Assembly (NCBI RefSeq): GCF_016433145.1 | Contig: NC_058130.1 | Span: 86,413,836-86,477,705, forward strand | Reading direction: 5' to 3' | Source of the DNA: Gracilinanus agilis | Taxonomy: Eukaryota | Length of the DNA: 63,870 nt | Shown here: positions 25,402 through 37,200 of the stretch, piece by piece | Layout: every line of letters begins with the position of its first letter | Position numbering within the stretch: the stretch's first letter is position 1 | The notes under the pieces: model-generated | The model's database searches: none | Seen by the model: only the letters and a program-made list of their open reading frames with translations | What the model was told of the DNA's origin: nothing | Made by a program: the position numbers and the translations under genes

Positions 25402-26191
25402 TTTTTGTAATTTACTAGATTTAATAATTTATTAGTAAATACATCACAACTTAATGGAGACACAGGAGGTGGTCAGTGGGTGTGAGGATACAAAGGTTAC
25501 AGAGTGGACAATGAGTCACTATAGGAATGACCAGACTATCTGGCCAGTGATGTGGCTGATATATAATGTCCCACGAGTTATGAAAAAGGAGGTTGTATAT
25601 GCATACAAATAGTCAGACAATGCCCATTCCTGGAGTGTATACAAAGTATATGTTGTGACTTCAACACACGATATTGCACATTATAATAACTTGACATGTA
25701 ATACTATGGGACATATATCATATGTGACCTTTTTTGTATTTGGTCTACCACATACAACTCTACTCTATGTTTCTGCATGTGGCCTATTTGTCTTCTGTCC
25801 TGGGTACAGCCCTAATGTGGAGGTTGTGACTGCTATATGATAATCAGTGAAAGTGTGGAGAAATCTGAAGGTATTGCAAAGTTGTTCTATAAATGTGTCC
25901 CTCCATTTCCTACAAGGCTCGAAGTCAAAAGAGCACCTTCCAGAAGATAAGCTGTCCAAGAGTCAGACGTGGTAATATCAGCAGGTGAGGCTTCAATGGC
26001 TGGGAGATTATTCTGTAGTCTGAATCATCACTTCCAAACAGCAATGCTGAACCTGGTGCAGCTTAGAGAGGTGCTAAAAGTACTAGAGGATAGATTCAAA
26101 CTAGGCCTAGGATAATCTGCTTTCAATTTCATCCATGGCTAAAAGGCAAGCTCTAAACAATCAGCTCTAACTTTGCTTCCCCAATGCTCAC

Positions 26192-26316
26192 TTGTACTCT
26201 CCGAAAAACTGTGAGATGCAGCCTCTCTCTCGGCCACAGGGTAAATGGAAGTTTCTTCGGCACCTCTCCTTCTGGCAGAAGATGGCAGCTCCCTTTTTCT
26301 TGCATACAAAGCAGGT
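26192..26316 (-). CDS. PHF7: PHF7 coding exon 5 (125 nt, [42 protein letters not shown])
   Basis: Canonical AG/GT; PHD Cys/His ligands intact. Confidence 0.95.
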
Positions 26317-26465
26317 CTGTAATTGAGACCCCAGACAGTGCTCACAGCCCCAGAAAGGAGAAACTACAGCCCCGAGTTTATTTTTAAGGACAGGTAATCT
26401 TAGAGAGCAACCCTGGACCCTCCTGCCCCTGAGTAGCCTATGAAAGCACCAGGACCTGTTTTTTG

Positions 26466-26652
26466 TTTTTTTTTTTTAAACCCTTGTACTTCGGTGTATT
26501 GTCTCATAGGTGGAAGAGTGGTAAGGGTGGGCAATGGGGGTCAAGTGACTTGCCCAGGGTCACACAGCTGGGAAGTGGCCGAGGCCGGGTTTGAACCTAG
26601 GACCTCCCGTCTCTAGGCCTGACTCTCTCTCCACTGAGCTACCCAGCTGCCC
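26466..26652 (-). mobile_element. Young SINE1_Mdo subfamily copy
   Basis: Only a few mismatches to the copy at 52932-53130; CpGs retained; acctgtttttg-type TSD. Confidence 0.92.
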
Positions 26653-26815
26653 ACCTGTTTTTGCTAAAGGCTGGTCTCTCCTCAATTAGGACCTTAACCA
26701 ACCAGAGTCTGGAATAGACAGGGAAGGTATTAAGCCCAACAAACACCCAGAACCCAATAGGGTGAGGACAGGGACAGAGAAGGGGGCAGAGGCCCTTATT
26801 TTCAGGGTTTCTAGC

Positions 26816-26917
26816 CTTCCTAGCAGCACGGCTTGTCTCCTTTTTGATGTCTTCCGGTAAAAATCCATGGAAGCCATCACTGGCCCGGCCACGCTGGGGC
26901 AGCCCACTGGACAGGAT
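26816..26917 (-). CDS. PHF7: PHF7 coding exon 4 (102 nt, [34 protein letters not shown]), GC donor
   Basis: Acceptor cccctcag|ATC. Donor reads AAG|gctaga (non-canonical). Phase 0-0. Confidence 0.92.
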
Positions 26918-27359
26918 CTGAGGGGCAGCAGAACAGAGAGACTACAAGCATCAATGAAGAGCAAGATAGTAGGATGTAGTAGTGAGGTTTATTGTTATTA
27001 CTGTACACAATGATTTATAATAATTCATATGTATCTCTGGCATTTGAAGTTTATTAAGCACTATCTTTATAATAATCCTGAGAGAGCAGTATCAGTATGA
27101 GTATTATAATACCCACTTTACCTGAGCCACAGAGAGGTTAGATCATTTGTTCATTATCATTAAATTAGTGAATATCAGACCCAGGACTCAAATGCAAATC
27201 TTCCGATTCCAAGGCCAGTAAGTAAATTTTCTACTTAAACTGAGAAAGCAAGGGAATAACTAATGAAATGGGGTCAAGTTTTTGAGGCAGGGTGGAGAAA
27301 GTAAGGGATAGCAAACAGCAGCAACTGGGAATTTAAAGGAGGGAAGGGAATTTACTCAC

Positions 27360-27451
27360 AAGACAGAAGTAATGGATACGGAGATTATCTCTTTGCAGAA
27401 ACTCTCCTAATTTTTCAGGATCTCCTGGTTCTTGGAGGCACATTCGGCAAA
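27360..27451 (-). CDS. PHF7: PHF7 coding exon 3 (92 nt, [30 protein letters not shown])
   Basis: Canonical AG/GT boundaries; start of the extended PHD (ePHD) domain. Confidence 0.95.
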
Positions 27452-30094
27452 CTAGAAAAGACCAGGCAAGAAGAATTAGTCTAGAATGCAAATTTGACTA
27501 AGAGAAAAGCCATAATTTTAGGACAAATTAGGTAGGATTTTGCTCCGAGGCAGGCTATTCAGGAAGCATAAAAGTTAATATATGTATTTTTCCCTGATAG
27601 TACAAGTTTTTAAGAAATGTACAATTTTTACAATTAAATTGTGTTATTGATGCATTTTTTTTTAATAAAACACAACCACTTCTTCAACCTCCACAATTTT
27701 GGAGTTTGGGACTAGATTTAGAATTCTAATGATAATGCACCAATAAAGAAACTAATGCAAACAGAGTAACAATTTTATATGTACTGAAAATATGTAACTT
27801 GTTACTGATGAAATGCAGTGACTCTCCCAAGGGATAGACAGCCAGTATGTATCCATATGAACCTAAATCGTCATGACTCAGACATTGACTTCTTGTCCAA
27901 CTCTAGCAAGCTGCCCATCAAAAGAATATTCTCTTTAGTTCAGACCTAGGATTTCACTAGCATATACAGGACTCCAGGTAAAGAAATTCCCTCTCTGTAT
28001 GCAGAGTAGTCGCTCTCTTACAGTTTCTAACCCAAGATGAACAGCTGTTGATGTTCTTTTACAATTTTTTTTAATAGATAAGCAAACTCACCTCCCCCCA
28101 AAAGATTGAGTTTTATAACAATTCTCTATAGAAATTAAGTGGCATTGTAACAATAATGCACTTTCCGTACATAGAAGCAACTAAGTTTTGTACTTAATTG
28201 GTAAGAATAATCAAACAGGGAAGTTACTGAATGGCCTGCTACTGAATAACACCCATATTAAGACATTGATTTAGGACAAGTCTGGGATTTCAATGGTGAG
28301 GGAATTCTTGTTGTGGAAACTCCCTTCACCAATATAGCTTGACTACTTATCAGAGACAGAAATTGAACCCATGTTTTCCTGATTCCCAGGATAGCCCTCT
28401 ATCCACTATACCACTCTGACTCTCTTGCTCCATAGGATTCTACTAATTTGAGCACATGCCCTCTCACTTTTCTATGGCTTATGGAAAAAATAGTGTTCAT
28501 CATAAATTCTTTAAAGGTATTGGTATATCTGAATTCTATCTGATCTCATAATCTTTGGGAAAATGTTGGTAAACACCCCAAAACAAGATTTCTATACAGA
28601 CAGAACGCAAAAAGATTCTGTATAAAACCATGAATAAGGCAACTGAGGCAATAAGAAATTGTGACTTGTCCAGGATCACACTGCTAGTTTATGAGGCTAG
28701 ATTTGAATTTAGGTCTTCCAGATTCTATCCCCTGCCCCACCTAGCTAAGTAAGGTTCTGAAGGAACATTGTTCCTTCTCCCCAGGTAAACACTAAACCAT
28801 CATATTACTCCCTCCAAAATGCTCAAATAAATGTATCTCTAGTTTCTCTGGACTCCAGTGTTTCCGGAGTTTCCTACTCAACTCCCACCTTTTTATAAAA
28901 AAATGCTTGAAAATCTTTATTCCATTAAAGAGCCATCCCTCTACTCCCAGAGGATCGTACAAATTTTCCCTTGGTTGTAAGCTATTAGTTTTTGTCTTTT
29001 GGATATTGTATTCCAATTATTCCAACATTTTGTTTATAGTAGGAGCTACCAGATTTAGTTATCATCCTATATTTTTTGGTACTTGAATTCTTTCTTTCTG
29101 GATGTTTGAAACATTTCTGAATTTTCGCTATGATATTCCTAAAGTTCCCTTCGGGGGGAAGTGATTGATAGAGTCTAACTCTGTCCTTTGACTCTAATAG
29201 ATTTAGAGAGTTTTTATTTATGATGTACTTTGCCTTTTTATCCTAATAGATGTGTATAGTTTTCACTTATTATTTGAAATATAGTTTTGTAGGCTACATT
29301 TTTTATCTTGGTTCTCAGAGATTCCAATGATTCTTACATTATCTCTCCTTGACCTGTTTATCAGTATTTTTTATACCAGATATACTACTTTCTTCTTTTA
29401 AAAAACATCTTTCAATTTTGTTCTCTTAAAGAGACATTGATTTCTATTTGATCTATTCTAGTTTTCAGGGATTTCCTTTCTTAGATAAGGTTTACCACTT
29501 CTATTTATTCTTCTAATTCTGTCCTCAATAGTTTTTTTAACTCTCTTGCTTCATTTTCCCCTAGGTATTCATGTAAACTTCACAGAAAATGCATTTTAAA
29601 TTTGGTTCTTTATAATTCTTATAAACTTAGAATTCCAAAATGTTGTTTTTTAAAATTCTTTTTTCCAGCTTGAGTTCCTTAATTAGGCCATTGTGTTCTG
29701 TCTACTGATACACCTTTGAATGAGGTGATTAGCCTTACTTGATCTTGCTCTAGGATTCTTGAATCACTGACTTCTACCTCTTGGGGTTAGGGCCACCTTG
29801 ATCTCCGAGATTCAGATATTGGATGTTCAGGCCTTCATTTGACATCTTTAAGATAGGATGTCAAGGATTTTAAAATTCCTTTCACTTGGCTGTCCTGGAC
29901 TGAATGGTGGTCAGTATTATCCTGGTTGCTTTTCTTTGCTGTTCCACAGGACTTCCAAGACTCCTTGTAGCTTTGTGACTGACTACCCACTGGCTTTTTC
30001 TAAACTCTCTATTCTCATTGCCTCTAGACATAGTCCCTTTCAGGTTACACATGTTCTAACCCTAATCTAGGTGTTCATTTTGCTTATCTATTGT

Positions 30095-30910
30095 CATATG
30101 AAAAAATGCTTGAAATCACTATTGATTAGGAAAATGCAAATTAAAACAAGGCGAGATAACACTTCACACCTAATAGAATGGCTAATATGACAGAAAAGGA
30201 AAATAAGAAATGGAGATGTGGAAAAATTGAGACAGTACTGATGGAATTGTGAATTGGTCCAACCATTCTGGAGAATAATTTGGAACAAAGGGCTATCAAC
30301 TGTGTGTACCCTTTGACCCAGAAATACTACTACTAGGTCTGTATCCCAAAGAGATCAGAGAAAAAGGTAAAGGATCTATATAAACAAAAATATTTATAGC
30401 AGCTCTTTTTGAGATAACAAAAAGAATTGGAAATTGAGATGACCATCGATTGGAGAATGACTGAGCAAGTTGTGGTCAATGAATGTGACGAAATACGATT
30501 GTCCTATAAGAAATGACAAGCAGAATAATTTTAGAAAAGCCCTAGTATGATGTGATACAAAGTGAAGTGAGCAGAACATGGAGAACACTGGACAATTTTG
30601 TAACAGATCAACCACAAATGACTTATTCTCAGCAATTTAATGATCCAAGACAATTCTGAAAAATATTATTTATCTCTGAAGAATTGATGAAGTCTAAATG
30701 CAGATCAAGGCATACTTTACTTTATTTTTCTTGAGTTTTTTTTTTTTGTTGGTTGCTTTCTTTTGTTTGTAACATGGCTAATATGGAAATGTTTTGCATG
30801 ACTGCACATATATAATCAAATATATCAAATTGCTTGCCTTCTCAAGGAAGAAGAAAGGGAAGGAGGAAGGGAGAGAATGTAATTGAGAAAAATAATTTAA
30901 TAATTTTAAA
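30095..30910 (+). mobile_element. L1 3' end (ORF2 tail and 3' UTR)
   Basis: aaatgcaaattaaaacaa...tggtccaaccattctggag...ctttgacccagaaatactactactaggtctgtatcccaaagagat. Confidence 0.85.
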
Positions 30911-31073
30911 ATACACAATCAGGGACAGTAATATCGATACCAAAATCTACAAGTTTGGAATGGATGGTGGAAGTCGGGGAAGCTGAGTTTATAGGCTAAG
31001 AGGCCATCTGCTGGGCAACAGGAATCTTACCGCCCAGAACCTGTTCTAACAAAAGCATGGGCTGGTTGAGTGT

Positions 31074-31090
31074 AGCGCCATCTGGTGGAC
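31074..31090 (-). promoter_or_regulatory. CTCF motif (GTCCACCAGATGGCGCT)
   Basis: Near-consensus CTCF core in non-repeat DNA with its CpG retained; a second weaker site (CCAGCAGATGGCC) at about 31001-31016. Confidence 0.7.
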
Positions 31091-32339
31091 AACTGCAGCA
31101 CCTCAAGGGTCACCAGGAATACTCAACGAGTACACACAAACTTTATACCAGTGACCCAAGGGAGGATGTACAGGTATTTGAGTGTGGTGGTCAAAAACAT
31201 GAGATAACATAAATTGGAAAAGAAAGGGAAAAGCATAAGTACCAGGAATGTTCTGGTGCCTTTGTGTTTGAGTGAGCTCCTTAAGAACAGGGACTATTTT
31301 TTGCTTTTCTTTTATCCCCTGGAACATAGTAGGCACTTAATAAATGTTAGTTGGCTACCTGTGTTCCAAATAATTTGCTTTTCTATTTTTAACCAATACC
31401 AAATGAAACATAATTTCAGGTCCAGGAGTATTCCAATCATACTTATTTTTCTATTATTTCCTTTGAGATTCTAGACCTTTTGTTTCTGCAAATGAATTTT
31501 TAAAATTAGTTTTCTTTTACCTCTCTCTTTAGCAATGTGATTGGTTTAACACTAAATCTTTAAATAAATTTAAATATGAGTACTTTTATCACAGTCCAAC
31601 CATGAAGAATGACTATCTTATTTGTCATTCTATATATCCTGTTTTTTAATTGAATGAATATCCATTTAGTTTGTTACAGTATAACATTTTGTAATTTATT
31701 TTAAATGTGATTTCCTTTTCTATTTTCTCCTAGATTTTGTAATTGTTATTTAGAAATGCTTCTCTCCATTCCTCACTTATAACACTCTATTTCCTTTCTC
31801 CAAGCCTTTGCAGTGGTTAGTCCCATACCTGGAATGCCCTCCCTCCTCACCTCAGCCATACAGAATCTTCTTCCATTAAGGTACAGCTCAAACACTAACT
31901 GCTAAATGATGCCTTTACTGATCCCTTTGACTGCTAATTTGTATTTAATTATTTTGGAATGCACGCATCTATATTTGTACATAAATACACACAAATATGT
32001 ACTTTTAAAAATTTATTTAAAATATTTTTCCATGATTCCATGATTCATAATTTTTCCCACCCCTCTTCCCTCCCACCTCCTGCAGCTGACCAAATATGTA
32101 TTTATTAACTTTGTGTTTGTTATATATACATTTGTATATTTCCTTGTTGCCAATATGTAAGAATGTAAGTTCATTTTCAGTTGAGATCTCTCCATTCTTT
32201 GTATTTATGCCTGTAGGACCTAGCACAGTGCCTGACTTATACTAAGCCTTTATTTTCCAATTACTTTATTGAAGCCATTGTCTCAATTAATTTCTTTCCT
32301 GGTCTTCTAAGTAAACCATCATGTTTTTGTTTTGTTTTG

Positions 32340-32940
32340 TTTTGAGAAAGGATTTTGTTTATTTTTTATATGTATGTGTTGTTCTTTTTTTCTGGATGAC
32401 ATTTTGTTTTAAAAACATTTTTCCATGTTTACATATTTTATTTTTCCCCCTCCTCCCCGCTCCCAGCTCCAATAAGCACTTCTACTAGATCATACAAATG
32501 TTATTACTTGTGCCTATTTCCATATTATTCATTTTTGCAATAGACCATTCTTTTAAACCCCAAACCCCAAATCATATATCCATATAAACAAAGGATAAGT
32601 CATGTGTTTTTCTTTTGTGTTTCTATTTCCACAGTTTTTCTCTCTATGTGGATAGCATTCTTTCTCATAAGTCGCTTAGAATTGTATTAGCAAAGTTCAT
32701 TATATTGTATTGTTTCACAATGTTTCACTTTCTGTGTATAATGTTCTCTTGGTTCTGCTCATTTTACTCTGCATCAGCTCATGGAGGTCTTTCCAGTTCT
32801 TGGAGAACTGGAGTTCATCATTCCTTACAGCACAATAGTATTCCATCACCATCAGATACCACAATTTGTTCAGTCATTCCCTAATCAATGGACACCCCCT
32901 CATTTTCCAATTTTTTGCCACCACAAAGAGTACAGCTAAA
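32340..32940 (-). mobile_element. L1 3' UTR fragment (antisense)
   Basis: Reverse complement of the same subfamily 3' end as 33600-34230. Confidence 0.8.
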
Positions 32941-33599
32941 CCATCACGCATTTGGAATAACTGTCCTCTTTTCCAATGTACATGTCTTTAACATATTCAT
33001 CTTGTTACCAAGCATTTTTAGAACTGTCAAATGACAGTGGAGAGAAGGGACATCTTTGCGTCTAGTGTTTCCCTATGGAAAATGTTAGCTTTTGGTTTGA
33101 AACATTCTTTTATCACATTAAAATTGTTTTTATATGCTTTTGCTTTTTCAAATTTTTTGCATGGATGAATGCTATGCATTGTCAAAGACTTTTTCTGCAG
33201 CTTGTAACGTGTTTTTTGCTATTTTTGTTTTAATATGAATAATTTTATTATTCTCCCAATGTTGAAACATACTTGCATCCTTGATATAAATTTAATTTGG
33301 CTGCAGTAAGTAATTTCTTGGATATATGCTATAAATCCTTTGGCCAGGATTTAGTTGAAAACTTTTGCCTCAATATTCATGAGTGATATTGGTCAATAGT
33401 TCTCTTCCTGTGCATTCCCCCCCAATCTCTGACCCCTTGAACTTGCCCTAGAGTACAAGCTGTGTATGTGTGTGTGAAGAGTTCTTCCTACCCAAAAGTA
33501 GAAAATGCTAACTTGCATGAGAAGCACATGGCAAACTGTGTTTTAACCCAGACTCCTCTGACAAGAATCTGTCCTCCTGAGCTACAATTAAATAATTAT

Positions 33600-34230
33600 C
33601 AGGAGGACCAATACCACTACTAGGTTTGTACCCCAAAGAGATAATAAAAAAGGGTTGTACAAAAATATTCATAACCACGTTTGTGGTAGCAAAAAAAACT
33701 GGAAAATGGGGGGGAGTGTCCCTTGATTGGGGAATAGTTGAACAAACTGTAGTGTGTGATGGTGATAGAATACTATTGTGCTATAAGGAATGATGAACTG
33801 GAGGATTTCTACATGAACTGGAAGAACCTCCATGAACTGATGCAGAGTAAAATAAGTAGAACCAAGAGGAAATTGTACATAGAAAGTGAAACACTGTGGA
33901 ATGATCCAATGTAATGAACTACTAGGAGCAATGCAATGATTCAGGACAATCTGGAGGAACTTATGAGAGAGAATACTATCCACATCAAGAGAAAGTGGGA
34001 GCAGAAGCGCCGAAGAAAAACATATGACTTGGTACTTGTTTATATGAGTATAGGATCTGGGGTTTTGGTTTAAAAGATTGCTCTATTGCAAAAATGAATA
34101 ATACAAAAATAGGTACCAAGTGATAAAATTTGTACAACCCAATGGAATTGCTTGTTGGCTCTAGGAGTGGGGAGCGAAGAGGGGAGGGAGAGAATGTGAA
34201 TCATGTAAACATGGAAAAATATTTTTAAAA
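33600..34230 (+). mobile_element. L1 3' UTR fragment (sense)
   Basis: Marsupial L1 3' end with G-rich tract and A-rich tail. Confidence 0.8.
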
Positions 34231-37200
34231 ATTAAAATTAATTATCAGGAGGAAGATCAAACACTCCAGTGGGCAAGAGGATAAGGCCTCCCATGACAAT
34301 ACTTTTGACTCCACCATTGATCACAGATCTAGAGCCAGAAGGACTCTCAAAAATTGACAACTAACCTCTCATTAAAAGTCAAGAGAGGCCTGGAAAGTTA
34401 TATGACTTGTCTGGGACAGGTAGTTATGTCAGGAGTAATAAAAGAGTGACAGAGGCATCTGGGTGGCACAGTGGAGAAAGCATCAGGCCTGGAGTTGGGA
34501 GGACCTGGTTTCAAATACACAGACATTTCCTAGCTGTGTGACCCTGGGCAAGTCACTTAATCACAACTGCCTAACCTTTGCCTTCCTGTCTGGGTTGTTA
34601 CTAGGCCAGAAGAATTTTTAAACAGAGTAGCAAGGTGCCTTTTCTGGAAAGCCAAGTTTTCATAACTGTAAGAAGATGGAAGAAGCATGAGAGAAAGAAA
34701 TAAGAATAGGGAGGATAATCAAGGAAATCCCTGATCCAATTATAGGTTTCCTGAATGTGATAACAAAACAGACCATTGTTTTAGCTTAAATTCAAACTGA
34801 AGAAGTTCCTCAACCAATCTGATGAAATTTAGGTCATTTGGTCATTAAATGAAGGTATAAATGTGACACAGAGAACCCCTAGTGATTGGCTGACCTAGGA
34901 TCAGCTATCACCCTTGTAGTCTATAAAAGCAAGCTAGCTCCTTTCTACAGGTCTCAGTCCTTGACGATTCCCTCTTTACTTTCCCCCTTGTACTTCTACT
35001 GGAATGCAGCTTGCCCTCAAGTAATTGACTGGTGGCCAAAGAACATGGTCAAAGAAAAAAAGTGCTTTTATAAAAGAATGAAAGAAGAATTTAACAAAAT
35101 TGATTTCCTGGACCAAAAACTTCAGTATAGAGCAAAGTCTGAATTCCCCAAAAAGATTTCTGGCACAGTACCAGTTATGAGAATTGTTCTGTAGGTACTC
35201 CAAGTTAAAGAGTTCCCAAATTAAAAATTCCAGGTACAAAATCTTCTAGAAAGAGATGTCCTAATATGATATGTACAGCTTCTTGAAGGAGGAAAACTAT
35301 ATATGTGATTCTTGCAGAACATCCTATTTGGAAAGCAAATAAGGGGTCTACTTTCATTAAAACAGCCGACAGTTCCCATCTGAGGATTTTAGCAGAGCCA
35401 GAAGCTAAAGGCAACAGCTAAGCATGGACTGGAAGCATATAGTGGAGTGACATCTGGCAGAGACTCAAGTCCAAGGTCATTGAAAGCAGTGTGAATAATT
35501 AGCAGCCCTATAGTACTGGAGAAATAAGTTATTCTTCCTCATACATGCCTTAATCATGCATGAAAGGTAAATATGCCAGCAGGAGCTGAGGAACTATAGT
35601 TTTAGGTATGTAGACCCAGAATCCCTTGAACCATGAGTAGCTAATCTCCAGGAAACCTGCCTTGCAAATTGGTGTGACTCTAGGCCCTAAAAATAGAAAA
35701 AGGAGGTTCCATGTTGGTATAGAAACTGAAGGGAAAGATAGAGTTGGGGATATAAGAGGGATAGGGCTGGCTTAGATAGTTTAAAAGGAATGAAGAGAGG
35801 TAGGAGGGGAAAGAAACTCTCACAGGGCAGCCTATTCTTTTGTATCCCCAGGATTTTAAGAGGAGTACTGAAGTAGATGGTCTTGTTCTTCTCAGCAGCA
35901 TTACTTTTGATTTATTTAAAAAAAAAAACAACTTGCATTATAAAATGTTAGATTGTTTCTTTTATGCCTATATCCCCAGTGCCTAGAAGAGTCCCCAACA
36001 TGTAGCAGACAAGTCTATATACTTGTTGACAAATTATTATTCCCTGAGCAAAAGGGGAAGGTAGGAAGGTATGTTGGACAACTTTAGCTATGACTTTGGC
36101 TCAGAAGATCTCTGATAGAAATAAAAGTAGGCATCCTTGAACCAGCCTCCCAATTTCTTGTCTCATCATCTACAGATCATCAGCTCAACATTGGAGATGG
36201 CACTGGGACCATCATAAGTTAACTTGGTCGTTGACCACATGGTTCTGAGAGTTCTACAGTGACATGTTATATATACTTCACCCTTGTTATGGTCTGACCC
36301 AGTTATCTGCAGTCATGTAAAAGAGAAAGAGAGCAGTGTACATTATGGTGCAAACATGCAAGGCACATCAGGCCATAAACTGAGCCTGAAAAATGGTGCA
36401 GTGTGGGTAGCTGTTTATCAGACGGAGACCTCCCATTCTCACAGAACTTGGTAGCAACTCTGGGTAATGCTAGAGACACCCACGCGCCATATCAGAAACA
36501 AGCTAGAGAAGGAATAGATAGTACATAACAATATGTTGAGCAAGAAACTGATAGAGTTTGTAGTAGGGGTTCCAGAAAGATTACTTTTGACCTTGGAAGC
36601 TTGGGTAAAAATTTTGTTGAAGCTTCACAGGACTTTTGCCTAGCTGGGTGGCCAAGACGGTGTGGCAATGAGATGAAATCTTTTTTCCTTGGAGTCTTTT
36701 GAAAGTAGGATGTGGAAATATTTCCTTAGGAAAGGAAAGGCATTTGGGCATGTTTGATAAAGGTTCCAGAGATTGAAAGGAGGGAAATTAAGATTATGCA
36801 TCTTGCTAGGATGAAATAAGTTCACCTGGCTGGAAGTTTGAAAGCTATCTTTAATAAATTATGCAGTAAATGTACTCTACTCTATAATGTGGGAAAAGTT
36901 ATCTTTTTAGGGAAGTAATCTATTCATGGGAAGTTGGGTAGAAGACAATTTTCTTTTGAAGGCAAATCATTTTGGCAAATTATGTCACTTGGGGGTAATT
37001 TCCATATATATATATTTTAAATCCTTATCTTTTGCCTTAGAAGAGATACCAACTATGGGTTCCAAAGTAGAAGAGCAAGTAACAGCTAGGCAATTGGGGT
37101 TAAGTGACTTGCCCAGGGTCACAAAGCTAAGAAGTGTCTGAGATCACATTTGAACTCAGGTCTGACTCTAGGCCTGGTGCTCTATCCACTAAGCTACCTA

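Noticed and set aside
25560-25960. Weak zf-GRF-like peptide CGGCDCYMIISE...LFYKC
   Set aside because: Spacing is imperfect and it is flanked by stops; insufficient evidence.
35045-35065. MVKEKKC resembling the human PHF7 N-terminus (MKTVKEKKEC)
   Set aside because: It is on the opposite strand to PHF7 and the match is short and Lys-rich; treated as coincidence.
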